Shown: positions 17,567 to 27,757 of the stretch, piece by piece
Position numbering within the stretch: the stretch's first letter is position 1
Layout of the letters: every line of letters begins with the position of its first letter
Source: an uncultured Candidatus Rokubacteria bacterium
Lineage (GTDB): Bacteria; Methylomirabilota; Methylomirabilia; Rokubacteriales; CSP1-6
DNA length: 64,000 bases
Reading direction: 5' to 3'
Assembly: GCA_963771355.1 (NCBI GenBank)
Contig: CAVYTA010000006.1
Span: forward strand, 1-64,000
The notes under the pieces: generated by a model
The model's database searches: none
The model's input: the letters and a program-made list of their open reading frames with translations, nothing else
Told to the model about the DNA's origin: nothing
Translations under genes and position numbers: made by a program

Positions 17567-19378
17567 CTAGGGGCCGCTTCGCCACTCCCAGCCGGCCGCC
17601 TCGAGGTCGAGCAGCGCGGCGAAGCGCCCCCCGCCAGCGATGAGCGCGGCCGGCGCGCCTTCTTCGACGATCCGGCCCTTGTCGAGTACGATCACGCGAT
17701 CGGTCTCGATCGCGGTGCTCAGGCGGTGCGCGACCGTGACGACGGCCGCGCCGCGCGGCAGCACCCGTTCGCGCAACGCTGCTCGGAAGGCCGCGTCGCT
17801 GACGTTGTCAATGGCAGCGGTCGCCTCGTCCAGGATGAGCACGCTCGGGCGAAGGACGAGCGCGCGCGCCAGTGCCAGGAGCTGTTGTTGCCCGGCCGAC
17901 AGATGCGCCCCGGCGCCGCCGCCACCCCCGCTGAGCAGCGTGCGGTAGCCCTGAGGCAAGGCCTGGATGAACGTGTCGGCGCCGGCGACCGCGGCGGCCT
18001 CGTGGACCGCCTCTTCGGTCACCGAGGTCTCGCCGAGGGTCAAGTTGTCGAACACGGTTCCGGAGAAGAGCTGCACGTTCTGGGGCACCACGCCGAGCAC
18101 ACGGCTACGCTCGGCTTCAGCGAGTCGGGCCGGGTCGCGGCCGGCGACGAGGACGCTCCCGGCCCAAGGCCGATACAGGCCCGTGATCAGGTGAAGCGCG
18201 CTGCTCTTTCCCGCCCCCGTGCGCCCCACCAGTGCGACGTGTTCTCCGGCCCGCACGTCGAGGGAGAAATCGAGCAGCACCGGCTGACCGGGCGCGTATC
18301 CGAACTCGACGTCGTGGACCCGGACCGCGGGCGCGCGAGAGACCCCGCGGAGGCGCGGCCGCTCCGCGACGCCCGGCTCGTCGGGAGTGAGCGCGAGGGC
18401 GCCGAAGATACGCTCGGCCCCGGCCATCGCTCCCTGCACGGTCTGCCACTCCTCGCCGAGCGCCGTGATGGGCTGGAAGAAGCGCTGCAGAAGCAGAATG
18501 AACGCGATCAATGTTCCCATCGAGATGCTTCCGCCGAAGGCGGGCTGCGTCCCGACCGCGAGCAAGGCGCCGACCGCGACGGCCGACAGGATGGCGCTCG
18601 TGGGGGTGTAGAGCGCCGAGTAGAAGATCGACCGGTTGGACGCGGTCAGCCCGCGGCGGAGGACCTCGCGGAAGCCGGCGACGAACTCCGACTCGCGGCC
18701 GAACGCTCGGATCGCCTCGGCGCTCCTCAACGACTCCTGGATCGAGGACGCCACCGCGCCGACCGCCGCCCGGTTCTCGCGCTCCGCGTGTCGGATGCGC
18801 ACCTGCAGGACGCGGGTCACGAGCAGCACCGGGGCGGCGACCATGGCCGCGACGAATGTCAGGCCGGGGCTCAAGGCGACCATCGCGACGGCGATGGTCA
18901 CGAGCCGCACCAGATTGGCCAGGAGCAAGGCGACGCCCGACGAGAACACGGTATCCAGGGTGTCGACGTCGGAGGTGCAGCGACTGATCAGGTCGCCGGT
19001 CGGGACGCGATCGAGATAGCCGGTCGGCAGCCGCTGCAGATGAGCGAAGAGCCGCGCGCGTAGATCGCTCAGCACGCGCTGGGCGATGGCGGCGGCAAGG
19101 TAGCCGTAGAGGAACGTCAGGCCCTGCAGCGCGGCGACGCCCGCGAGGTAGAGCAGCGCAAGAGCGAGCAAGCCCTCGGAGCGTCCCACCGTCAGGTGAC
19201 GATCGACGACCTGGCGAACGATGAGGGGAGGCACGAGCTCGACGGCGGCCGCCGCGAGCACGAGGAGCCCGACCAGCGCCACTGCGCCCCGCCGCCGGGT
19301 TAGCAGGCCGAGCGCGCTCCAGGCCACCGATCTGCCGGGATGCACGGCACGCTCCATGGGCGGCGCGAGGTCGCTCAC
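17567..19378 (-). CDS. ABC exporter, fused permease/ATPase (MdlB-like)
   Basis: GRTGAGKS, LSAGQQQ, LILDEAT, VAHRLST. Confidence 0.93.
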   Translation of the reverse strand: MSDLAPPMERAVHPGRSVAWSALGLLTRRRGAVALVGLLVLAAAAVELVPPLIVRQVVDRHLTVGRSEGLLALALLYLAGVAALQGLTFLYGYLAAAIAQRVLSDLRARLFAHLQRLPTGYLDRVPTGDLISRCTSDVDTLDTVFSSGVALLLANLVRLVTIAVAMVALSPGLTFVAAMVAAPVLLVTRVLQVRIRHAERENRAAVGAVASSIQESLRSAEAIRAFGRESEFVAGFREVLRRGLTASNRSIFYSALYTPTSAILSAVAVGALLAVGTQPAFGGSISMGTLIAFILLLQRFFQPITALGEEWQTVQGAMAGAERIFGALALTPDEPGVAERPRLRGVSRAPAVRVHDVEFGYAPGQPVLLDFSLDVRAGEHVALVGRTGAGKSSALHLITGLYRPWAGSVLVAGRDPARLAEAERSRVLGVVPQNVQLFSGTVFDNLTLGETSVTEEAVHEAAAVAGADTFIQALPQGYRTLLSGGGGGAGAHLSAGQQQLLALARALVLRPSVLILDEATAAIDNVSDAAFRAALRERVLPRGAAVVTVAHRLSTAIETDRVIVLDKGRIVEEGAPAALIAGGGRFAALLDLEAAGWEWRSGP

Positions 19379-21234
19379 CGTCCGGCCTCGGCCAGCGGGG
19401 ATTCGGCCACACGCTGCGCCGAGAAGATCCGCGCGTACAGACCCTCGGCGGCGAGAAGGCCCGCGTGGGTGCCGGTTTCCACGACCCTCCCGCCCTCGAG
19501 CACGACGACGATGTCGGCGTACGGAAATCCCGCCAGGCGGTGCGAGCAGAGTACGGTGGTCGTCCGCTGCTCGGGAGGCGCGGCCGGCCCGAGCGCGTGG
19601 CGGAGGGAGGCGACGATGGCGGCCTCGGTCGCGACGTCGACGGCCGAGAACGGGTCGTCGAGGACGAGCAGCCCGGGCACGCGCGGCGCAGCGGCGGCCA
19701 GGGCACGCGCGAGTCCGAGGCGTTGCCGCTGGCCGCCCGAGATGCGGACGCCCGACTCCCCGATCTCCGTATCGAGACCCTTCGGAAACCCCGCGACGTC
19801 GTCCTCGAGGGCGGCCAGCCGGACGGCCCAGCCGGGAACCCCGTCGTCGCCCCGGAGGCCGCCCGGATCGAACGCGATGTTTCGTCGCACCGACCCGGAG
19901 AACAACGCCGCGTCTTGCGGCAGATAGCCGATGAGGCCGCGCCGCCGGGCGGCCGGCAGATCGGCGAGCGACGTGCCGTCCAGCAGCAACGTGCCCGACG
20001 TCACCGGATAGACGCCCAGGATCGCCCGCGCGAGCGTGCTCTTCCCGGAGCCGACCGGGCCCGTGACGGCCACCAGCGCCCCCGGCGGAATCTCGAGATC
20101 GATCCCACGGAGCGCCGGGGCGGGGCTGCCGGGATACTGGACCGTCACGTTCCGGAGGGACAGCGCCGCCGGCCCGCGCCTGCTCTCTGCGGCCGGCACC
20201 ATCGGTCGGTCGCCTCCCGCCACGTGGCCGGTTCGGAACGAGGCCAGCCGAGGCTCACCGGCCACCGTCCGCGCGGGGGCGAGCAGGGGCCGGAGCCGCG
20301 CGTAGGCGGCGGCGCCGCTCTGCAGGGAATTGACGAGCTGCGGAATCCGGTGGCCGCGGTTGACGAACCGCAGGAAGAGCTCGAGGTAGGCGACGAACGT
20401 CCCCACCGTCATCAGCCCCGCGATGACGCGTTCGCCGCCCTGCCACACAATGAGGACGACCCCGCTCGTCATGATCATGGCGTAGAGGGGCTGGAGGCCC
20501 CCCTTCACCCGGACGAGCTGCAGATTACGCTCCGCGAAGCGCCCGGAGAGGCGCCGGACTCGCTCTACGGCGGCACCGGCCCGCCCGAACAGGCGCAGCA
20601 CGCGGACCCCGACCAGGTACTCCTGGAGCGCCGAGGTCAGGTCGGCGTTCGCCTCACGCGCCTTCGTGGTGCGGCCGGCGATCCAGCGCCCCGTCACGTG
20701 CGCCAGCACCATCGCGACGGGCACCGGGATAAGAGATAGCAAGGTCAGCTTCGCGTCGATCAGCAGCAGCGCCACGATGAACGAGAGCGAGAACAGCACG
20801 GTGTCCCAGATCTCGATCGTGAGCTCGCGCACGCCCACGCCCAGCACCTCGACGTCGCCGACGATGCGGGCCATCAGATCGCCCACGGGCGTCCGCTGGA
20901 GGTCGGCCATGGGCCAGCCGAGTGCGCCCCGGAAGGCGTCGGCCCGGACGTTGGCCCGGATCCGCGCATTCGCCGTCATGAGCCACCACCGCTTGGCCAT
21001 CCGCGGCCCCTCGGTGAGGAGCGTCGCGGCCACGTACGCGAGCGCCGCCCATTCCACATCCGCGACACTGGCCTGACCGCGCTCGAGGGCGAGCGCACGA
21101 TCGATGGCTCGGCCCAGGAGGATGGCGGGCAGCACCACCGCCGTGTTCATCACGATGCCGGCGATGGAGCCGAGCGCAAGCTGCCCGGCCACCTGGCGGA
21201 AATACGGCTTCATCGCCCGGAGCAACTCGAGCAT
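19375..21234 (-). CDS. ABC exporter, fused permease/ATPase (MdlA-like, degenerate site)
   Basis: GPVGSGKS, ISGGQRQR, LVLDDPFSAVD. Confidence 0.93.
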   Translation of the reverse strand: MLELLRAMKPYFRQVAGQLALGSIAGIVMNTAVVLPAILLGRAIDRALALERGQASVADVEWAALAYVAATLLTEGPRMAKRWWLMTANARIRANVRADAFRGALGWPMADLQRTPVGDLMARIVGDVEVLGVGVRELTIEIWDTVLFSLSFIVALLLIDAKLTLLSLIPVPVAMVLAHVTGRWIAGRTTKAREANADLTSALQEYLVGVRVLRLFGRAGAAVERVRRLSGRFAERNLQLVRVKGGLQPLYAMIMTSGVVLIVWQGGERVIAGLMTVGTFVAYLELFLRFVNRGHRIPQLVNSLQSGAAAYARLRPLLAPARTVAGEPRLASFRTGHVAGGDRPMVPAAESRRGPAALSLRNVTVQYPGSPAPALRGIDLEIPPGALVAVTGPVGSGKSTLARAILGVYPVTSGTLLLDGTSLADLPAARRRGLIGYLPQDAALFSGSVRRNIAFDPGGLRGDDGVPGWAVRLAALEDDVAGFPKGLDTEIGESGVRISGGQRQRLGLARALAAAAPRVPGLLVLDDPFSAVDVATEAAIVASLRHALGPAAPPEQRTTTVLCSHRLAGFPYADIVVVLEGGRVVETGTHAGLLAAEGLYARIFSAQRVAESPLAEAGR

Positions 21235-21265
21235 CAGTGGTCGCCGAGCGGCACGCGCTGCCCCC

Positions 21266-21847
21266 TCAACCGGTCCATTCGACGACGACGCCCTCGGGAT
21301 CCGGCGCCTTCTCCTGACCGGCCGCGGCGACCCGTCCGAGATAGAGGAGACCAACGATGCCGTCCCTCTCCGAGACGCCGAGCGCCTTCTTGACCACGGG
21401 ATCGTAGGCCGCCGGACCGGTGCGCCAGGATCCGCCCAGCCCGAGCGCATGCGCCGCCACGAGCATGTTCTGGGCCGCCGCCCCGGCGGAGACGATCTGC
21501 TCGATCTCCGGCACATTGGGAGCGTCCCGGATGGCCGCGATCACGATCACGATGACCGGGGCGCGGAGCGCCTTCCTACGCTCGGCCTCCACCATCTCCG
21601 CGCTCGCGCCCGGGTTCCGGCGAACGAGCGCTTCGGCCAGGACGTCGCCGAGACGATGGCGGGCCGCGCCGCGCACGACAAGGAACTTCCACGGACGCAG
21701 ACGACCATGATCCGCCGCGCGAAGACCGGCGGCGAGGATCTGCTCGAGCTCCCCGGGCTCGAGGTCGTCGAGGGCAAGGCGTGCCGGCGACGCGCGCGAG
21801 AGCAAGGCAGGCAACGCCTCCATCGTCTCCCTCTGGCCGCTACTCAT
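21266..21847 (-). CDS. nitroreductase (YdjA-like)
   Basis: RAADHGRLRPWKF, AAQNMLVAAHALGLG..WRTG. Confidence 0.92.
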   Translation of the reverse strand: MSSGQRETMEALPALLSRASPARLALDDLEPGELEQILAAGLRAADHGRLRPWKFLVVRGAARHRLGDVLAEALVRRNPGASAEMVEAERRKALRAPVIVIVIAAIRDAPNVPEIEQIVSAGAAAQNMLVAAHALGLGGSWRTGPAAYDPVVKKALGVSERDGIVGLLYLGRVAAAGQEKAPDPEGVVVEWTG

Positions 21848-22763
21848 CCACGAACACCGCGGCGCGATGGGTGGCGGGCAGAAAGACGTAGAGCCTGCCC
21901 CGGCGGTCGTCGAGGGCGGTTGTGTGCGCGCCCGGCTCGGTGGGCACGCGCTCCACGACCTTCAAGGCCGCCGTGTCAATCACGTCGATCACGCCGGGAT
22001 CGCCGGCGGCCACATAGAGTCGCTCGCGGGCCGCATCGAGAAAGACCACGTCCGGCGCGCCCGAGAGCCCGACGAAGCCAAGGGCCTTCCCGCTCGCCGC
22101 GTCCACCGTCACGAGCTGGCCCGCGTCGCACGCGCAATAGAGCCGCCCGCTCGACGGGTCGAGATCGAGGCCGTGCGGGCCCGCCGCTGGGACCTCGTAG
22201 GTCTTGGCGATCCGCGTCGGGTCGCCGGCCGCGACGACCACGATGACCGCCGGCGCATTGATATTGACGAAGAAGCAATCCGTCCGCCCGTCGTAGATCG
22301 CCCACCGCGTCCGCCCGGGGACGGGGATCGCCGCCCGCATGGCGCGCGCCTCCACGTCGATCACCGAGATGGTGCACGATTCGGGGACGCCTGGATCGCC
22401 GAGGTTGGCCGCGAGGAGCGTCCCGCGGCCCGCGTCGAAGGCAAGGCCGTTCGGGCCTCGGCCGACCGCCACCTTGGCGACCGGCCCGTCCGTGCCCGGC
22501 TCGAAGATCGCCACCGTGTCCTCGCCGCGGTTCGAGGCGAAGGCGAGGCCGCGCGCCTCGGACACGAGCACCCCCGCGACCCTGGGGAGCTTCTCGATGG
22601 AGCCGACGTAGCGCTCGCGCGCGCAGTCGACGATGTCCACCGCGTCGTTGGCGGTATGCGCGACGTAGAGATGGTCGGCCCGATGGTGGATCGCCGCATG
22701 GTCGAACCCGCCGGACCCCCGGTGCTCGGGCAGGTCGATGTGGCCGACGAGACGCAGGCTCAC
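21840..22763 (-). CDS. YncE/YVTN beta-propeller protein
   Basis: repeated LYVA...VDVID / GPNGLAFD / GPHGLDLD blades. Confidence 0.85.
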   Translation of the reverse strand: MSLRLVGHIDLPEHRGSGGFDHAAIHHRADHLYVAHTANDAVDIVDCARERYVGSIEKLPRVAGVLVSEARGLAFASNRGEDTVAIFEPGTDGPVAKVAVGRGPNGLAFDAGRGTLLAANLGDPGVPESCTISVIDVEARAMRAAIPVPGRTRWAIYDGRTDCFFVNINAPAVIVVVAAGDPTRIAKTYEVPAAGPHGLDLDPSSGRLYCACDAGQLVTVDAASGKALGFVGLSGAPDVVFLDAARERLYVAAGDPGVIDVIDTAALKVVERVPTEPGAHTTALDDRRGRLYVFLPATHRAAVFVDE

Positions 22764-23215
22764 GACGCCGCCTTCCGCTGGCAGTACGCGTAGAGCGCGT
22801 CGTACATGGGGAACTCCCACTCGAGCTTCTGGTGGTCGTCGGTCGTGATCAGGGCGAAGCCCCGGGCGATCGCCTCGAGCCCTTCCCCCTCCGGCATCTT
22901 GTACGCGGACGTCTCCGGGTCGGTGTCGGCGTGGTTCACGATCTTGCCGACCATGTCGAGCGCCGGGTCCTTGTCCCAGAGCTCGAAGGCGCGCATGAGC
23001 GTCACGAAGGAGCAGACCTCGCCCTCCGGGGTCTGCTGGTGCGTGTAGTCGGCGCCCTTGGCGTCGTACGACCGCCCGCCGAGGAGCTTGGCGGTCTCCA
23101 GCACCTTCTCGGCGGGCACATAGAGGAACTGCGCGTCCTTGTCGATGAACCGCTTGATCAGCCAGGGACAGGCCACCCGGTCCACGTTACCGCCCGCGCG
23201 TGTCACCCACAGCAT
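22760..23215 (-). CDS. chromate resistance protein, ChrB C-terminal domain only (ChrF-like)
   Basis: WVTR...VDRVACPWLIKRFID...MYDALYAYC. Confidence 0.88.
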   Translation of the reverse strand: MLWVTRAGGNVDRVACPWLIKRFIDKDAQFLYVPAEKVLETAKLLGGRSYDAKGADYTHQQTPEGEVCSFVTLMRAFELWDKDPALDMVGKIVNHADTDPETSAYKMPEGEGLEAIARGFALITTDDHQKLEWEFPMYDALYAYCQRKAAS

Positions 23216-23243
23216 GTGATCCTCCTTTGGCAAGAGCTGTCGG

Positions 23244-23924
23244 TCACGAGGCCACGCCCCGGATCAGGAGGTCGTCGAACGCGGTGATGGAGTCGGCCTT
23301 GGTCCACAGGCCCACCTGTCCGGTCTTGAAGCGCGCGTCCCGGTGATCGAGGAGCAGCGCTCCGTCGAGCCATCCCTGGATGCGATCGCCGACGGCGACG
23401 ACACGTAGCGTGTGCCACTGCTTGAGCGCCGGCGGCGTGACGCGAGCGGTCGCGAGCTGTCGGCGGGTGCCGTCGTACGCGTAGAGTCGGAAGTTGTCCT
23501 CGAGCGCGTTGGCGCGGATCACGTAGTACTTGCCGTCCGCGAAGCGGAAGACGATCCCGCCCGAGGCGTCCTCCCGTCCGGAGATCGGATGGAAGTGGGT
23601 CGTCACGTCGACGTCGGCGAACGGGCCGGCCGGCGCGACGATGACGTTGAACGGATTCCGCGTGGCGCGCTGCACGAGGGCCAGCGGCCCTCCGCGTGCG
23701 CCCGCCATCTCCTCGACGGTCCACTGTCCGGCGACGACGGTCCAGCCGGCCATCCCGTCCCGCTTGATGCCGATCCTTTGCTCCGGGGCATCCTCCCGAA
23801 CCTCGAGCGCCGGGGGCGCGGCGTGCGCGGGGGCTACGCCCTTGCGTGCCGTCCGCCAGGTGGCGATGGCGCCAAGCGTTGCCGCCATCACCGTGCGGCG
23901 GGGCGTGTTCGTCTCGTGCTCCAT
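23244..23924 (-). CDS. exported concanavalin/DUF1080-like beta-sandwich protein
   Basis: RR-containing N-terminus; SGREDASGGIVFR...YYVIRANALEDN...GQVGLWTKADSITAFDDL. Confidence 0.75.
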   Translation of the reverse strand: MEHETNTPRRTVMAATLGAIATWRTARKGVAPAHAAPPALEVREDAPEQRIGIKRDGMAGWTVVAGQWTVEEMAGARGGPLALVQRATRNPFNVIVAPAGPFADVDVTTHFHPISGREDASGGIVFRFADGKYYVIRANALEDNFRLYAYDGTRRQLATARVTPPALKQWHTLRVVAVGDRIQGWLDGALLLDHRDARFKTGQVGLWTKADSITAFDDLLIRGVAS

Positions 23925-23970
23925 GGTGTTCTCCTTCCTGCGTCTTTGTGGATGGGGTCCGGTCGCGGGC

Positions 23971-24957
23971 TCACCCGCCGAGCTCGAGCGCCAGGCCGCG
24001 GCCGGTCGCCAGCGCCCGCTCGTACACCGCCACCGCGGCCGCCACGTCCTGCAGCGCGGTGCCGGTACTGTCGAAGATCACGATCTCCTGGTCCGAGAGC
24101 CGGCCCGGGCGCCGCCCCGCGATCACGTCGCCGAGCTCCGCGCGCACGTCACCACGGGTCATCAGGCCGGCGTCGAGCGCGTGGTGCAGCTCCCCGATCG
24201 TCGCGGACTGTTCCAGGACGTCCACCACGAGGGCGGCGTCCGCGAGCAGCCGCGGGTCGACCTCCTGCTTGTGCTCGTTGTCGGCGCCCACCGCGGACAG
24301 GAACGTCCCCGGAGCGAGGTCGCCGGGACCGAGCAACGCCGCCCGAGACGGCGTGCACGTGACCACGATGTCGCTCCGGCGCGTGGCCTCCGCGAGGACG
24401 TCCACCGGCGTCACGGACAGCCCGAGCGCCGTGCCCAGCCGGTCGGCAAAGACCTTCGCGCGCGTCGCGTCGGCGTCGAATGCGAAGACGCGCTCGAGTG
24501 CGACGACGCGCGCGAGGGCGCGGAGCTGGATATCGCCCTGGGTCCCGCAGCCACAGATTGTGGCGACGCCAGCGTTGGCGCGGGCGAGATGCTGCGCCGC
24601 GACCGCGGTCGCCGCGCCGGTCCGGATGGCCGTGATGGCGATCGAGTCCATCACGGCGAGCGGTGTGCCGTGCTCGGCGTCGCACAGCACCACGACGCCC
24701 TGGATCGCCGGGCGCCCGAGGCGCTCCGGGTTCCGCGGGAAGTTGCCGTTCGTCTTGGCGGCGAAGTAGGGGCGGGCGAGCCGGAGCCCGGCCGCCTTGA
24801 TGTGGAACCCGCCATCGCCGGCAGGGATGCTGAGCACCCCCGGGGGCAGGCTCGCTCCTTCGGCATGGAGTCGGAACGCCTGCTCCACGGCGGTGATCGC
24901 CGCGTCGAGGCTCAAAAGCTCGACCACGTCGCTCCCGGACAGTATCAGCACGGCCAT
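23971..24957 (-). CDS. ornithine cyclodeaminase/mu-crystallin family protein
   Basis: ITAIRTGAA, SDIVVTCT, FDSTGTALQD. Confidence 0.92.
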   Translation of the reverse strand: MAVLILSGSDVVELLSLDAAITAVEQAFRLHAEGASLPPGVLSIPAGDGGFHIKAAGLRLARPYFAAKTNGNFPRNPERLGRPAIQGVVVLCDAEHGTPLAVMDSIAITAIRTGAATAVAAQHLARANAGVATICGCGTQGDIQLRALARVVALERVFAFDADATRAKVFADRLGTALGLSVTPVDVLAEATRRSDIVVTCTPSRAALLGPGDLAPGTFLSAVGADNEHKQEVDPRLLADAALVVDVLEQSATIGELHHALDAGLMTRGDVRAELGDVIAGRRPGRLSDQEIVIFDSTGTALQDVAAAVAVYERALATGRGLALELGG

Positions 24958-25026
24958 CTCGGTCGTCCTCCTTGCGCGTCGGGCTGCGGTTCCCTGCCTC
25001 GGTCGATTCTCGTCTTTGTGTTGGTA

Positions 25027-25127
25027 CATGAAACATGTGTTTCCTCTCCGTGTCAAGCGGGGTCTCGAAATGTCCCGCCCCGGATGGCCCTTGACAGGGG
25101 TCGGCATCTATTGTTTCATGGCGAAAC
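25027..25127. promoter_or_regulatory. mirror-image divergent promoters with candidate operators
   Basis: TTGACA-N17-TTTCAT on both strands (25091-25119 plus; 25056-25028 minus); GAAACA/TGTTTC inverted pairs. Confidence 0.65.
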
Positions 25128-26069
25128 ATGCCAGGAACGCTTCTCTTGCTGCTGGTCGGAATCCCCCCGCACCCGTCGAGCCTTCGCGTGCGGGTCTGGC
25201 GGCGACTGCGCTCGCTGGGCGCGGTGCCCCTCAAGCGGTCGGCGTACCTCCTACCCGACACCCCGGAGCGCTACGAGGACTTCCAGTGGCTCGCGCAGGA
25301 GGTGCAGCGCGAGGGCGGCGACGCGACCCTGATCCGCGTTCAGCAGATCGAGAACCTGAGCGAGGCCGACGTGCTCCGGTTGTTCCACAAGCCGCGCGAC
25401 CGCGACTACAAGGAGCTCGCGCTCCGGTACCGCAAGGTGCTGCAGGGCCTCGACAAGAAGTCGCCGTCCAAGCGCGTGATCGAGGAGCAGGCGCGTCTGG
25501 CCAAGGATCACCAGCGCCTCCGGGACATCGACTTCTTCGATGCGCCCGTGGGCGCCGAGGTCCGGCGGCTCGAGGAGACCATTGCCATGCGCACACGACG
25601 CCCGGAATCCGCTCGCCCCGAGGCGCGACCGACGCTCGACCTCACCCAGCTCCGCGGCCGCCGCTGGGTCACCCGACCCCGGCCGCACATCGACCGAGTC
25701 GCGTCGGCGTGGCTGATCCGGCGCTTCATCGACCCCGAGGCAGAGTTCGTCTTCGCCGCGCCGGCGGAGTTCCCGGCCGACGCGATCCCGTTCGACGCGC
25801 CGGGAGTGGAGCTCAGCCACTACGGCGAGGACTGCACGTTCGAGACGCTCGTCAAGCGCGCGCGCCTGCGGGACCGTCGGCTGGTCCGCCTGGCCGAGGT
25901 GGTCCACGAGGCCGACCTGCGGGACGGCAAGTATCCGCACGAGGAGGCACGGGGCATCGACGTTGCGATTCGCGCCATGCTCGCCGCGTCCCCGGACGAC
26001 CACCATGTCCTGGCGCAGGGCATCGCGCTGTTCGAGGGGCTTTACGCCACAACGTCTCGCAAGGGATGA
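25128..26069 (+). CDS. chrB: chromate resistance regulator ChrB (full length)
   Basis: RVRVWRRLRSLGA N-domain; DFF; WVTRPRPHIDRVASAWLIRRFID; CTFE. Confidence 0.92.
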   Translation: MPGTLLLLLVGIPPHPSSLRVRVWRRLRSLGAVPLKRSAYLLPDTPERYEDFQWLAQEVQREGGDATLIRVQQIENLSEADVLRLFHKPRDRDYKELALRYRKVLQGLDKKSPSKRVIEEQARLAKDHQRLRDIDFFDAPVGAEVRRLEETIAMRTRRPESARPEARPTLDLTQLRGRRWVTRPRPHIDRVASAWLIRRFIDPEAEFVFAAPAEFPADAIPFDAPGVELSHYGEDCTFETLVKRARLRDRRLVRLAEVVHEADLRDGKYPHEEARGIDVAIRAMLAASPDDHHVLAQGIALFEGLYATTSRKG

Positions 26070-27304
26070 GCGAGGAGACGTCCGTGCCGCAGGGGACGTC
26101 GATCGCCGCGCCAGATCAGGTCGGCAAGAGGCCGGCCGGGGCCGGCTTCTGGCCGTTCGTCCTCTACTTCCTCAAGCTCGGGGCGCTCGGCTTCGGAGGC
26201 CCGGTCGCGCTCGCCGGGTTCATGCATCGCGATCTCGTCGAGCAGCGCCGATGGATCGACGAGGACGAGTACAGGCTGGCGCTGGCGCTCGCCCAGATCA
26301 TGCCCGGACCGCTGGCCGCCCAGCTCGCGATTGCCCTCGGCTACTTCCAGCACGGCGTCCTCGGCGCCACGGTCGTGGGGCTCGCGTTCATCGTGCCGTC
26401 GTTCCTCATGGTCGTCGGCATCTCGATGGCGTACCAGGCATACGGCGGGCTCTGGTGGATGCAGGCGCTGTTCTACGGGATCGGGGCGGCAGTCATCGCG
26501 ATCATCGCCATCGCCGCCTACAAGCTAGGGCGATCCACCAACCGGAAAGATCCGCTCCTGTGGGGCATCTTCACCGTCCTCGCCGTCGCGACGGTGTGGG
26601 CGGAGGCCGAGCTGGCGGAGCTCTTCATCCTGGCCGGACTGGTGGTGCTGCTCGTGCGCGCCTGGTCCGGGTGGCGGCGCGCGCTACTCGCGATGGCGGG
26701 CGCGGCCGGCGTCGGCCTCCTGATCTGGGGGCTCGAGCGATGGTTCGTTGGCTTCGGACACGGCGACGCGGGTATTCTCGTCCAGATCCTCCTCTTCTTT
26801 ACGAAGGCCGGGGCCTTCGTCTTCGGAAGCGGCCTCTCGATCGTCCCGTTTCTGCACCAGGGCGTCGTCCAGCAGTTCGGCTGGCTGACCGAGCAGCAGT
26901 TCGTGGATGCGGTGGCCGTCGCGATGATCACCCCGGGGCCTGTCGTCATCACGGTCGCGTTCATCGGCTATCTCGTGGCGTCGTTCTGGGGCGCCCTGCT
27001 CGCCGCCGTCGGGATCTTCCTGCCGGTCTACGTCTTCACCGTCGTTCCGGCCCCATGGTTCCAGCGAAATCGAGACAACGTTCAGCTCAAGGCGTTCGTC
27101 CAGGGCGCCACAGCGGCGGCCACCGGCGCCATCACTGGCTCGGTGATCGTTCTGGCCCAGCGCGCCGTGTACGACGTGCCGACTGCCCTCATGGCTCTCA
27201 TCGGGCTCGGGGTGCTCTGGCGGTTCAAGATCCCAGAGCCGGTCGTCGTACTGGTCGCCGGCATTCTCGGGGTCCTCGTGTGGCCGTTGATCCGCGGCGG
27301 GTGA
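26066..27304 (+). CDS. chrA: chromate efflux transporter
   Basis: FLKLGALGFGGP, AQIMPGP, GAFVFGSG, AMITPGP. Confidence 0.95.
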   Translation: MSEETSVPQGTSIAAPDQVGKRPAGAGFWPFVLYFLKLGALGFGGPVALAGFMHRDLVEQRRWIDEDEYRLALALAQIMPGPLAAQLAIALGYFQHGVLGATVVGLAFIVPSFLMVVGISMAYQAYGGLWWMQALFYGIGAAVIAIIAIAAYKLGRSTNRKDPLLWGIFTVLAVATVWAEAELAELFILAGLVVLLVRAWSGWRRALLAMAGAAGVGLLIWGLERWFVGFGHGDAGILVQILLFFTKAGAFVFGSGLSIVPFLHQGVVQQFGWLTEQQFVDAVAVAMITPGPVVITVAFIGYLVASFWGALLAAVGIFLPVYVFTVVPAPWFQRNRDNVQLKAFVQGATAAATGAITGSVIVLAQRAVYDVPTALMALIGLGVLWRFKIPEPVVVLVAGILGVLVWPLIRGG

Positions 27305-27347
27305 TGCCCAGGACGCCGACCGCTTACCACCAAGGAGGAAGAGGGTG

Positions 27348-27755
27348 ATGGAGACTACGCAGGTTGTATTCGTGTGCCTGCATGGCGCGGCGAAGAGCGT
27401 CATCGCAGCGAGCATCTTCGACCGTCTCGCCGCGTCGCGGGGCCTCGATGTCCGGGCGACCTTCGCGGGGACCGAGCCGGACTCGGAGATCCCGCCGAAG
27501 GTCGTGCGGAACGTGCGGACTGAGGGCGCCGACGTCGCCGGGATGCGCCCGCGCCTGGTGACGCGCGACGAGCTCGCGCGCGCGACTCGCATCGTGAGCT
27601 TTGGCTGCGATCTCGGCAGTCTCGGGGTGGGTGCCGGCGTCGAACGCTGGGACGACGTGCCGGCTGTCAGCGACGACTATCAGAAGGCGCGGGATGTCAT
27701 CGCCACCCGCGTGGAGCGCCTTGTGGATACGCTGGCCGCCGCCGCGCGTAAGTAG
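27348..27755 (+). CDS. LMW-PTP/ArsC-fold protein with atypical active-site loop
   Basis: VFVCLHGAAKS, AGTEPD, WDDVP. Confidence 0.75.
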   Translation: METTQVVFVCLHGAAKSVIAASIFDRLAASRGLDVRATFAGTEPDSEIPPKVVRNVRTEGADVAGMRPRLVTRDELARATRIVSFGCDLGSLGVGAGVERWDDVPAVSDDYQKARDVIATRVERLVDTLAAAARK

Positions 27756-27757
27756 CC

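Noticed and set aside
24797..27304. 835-aa ORF as a ChrA fusion
   Set aside because: Off-frame shadow of chrB; chrA starts at 26066.
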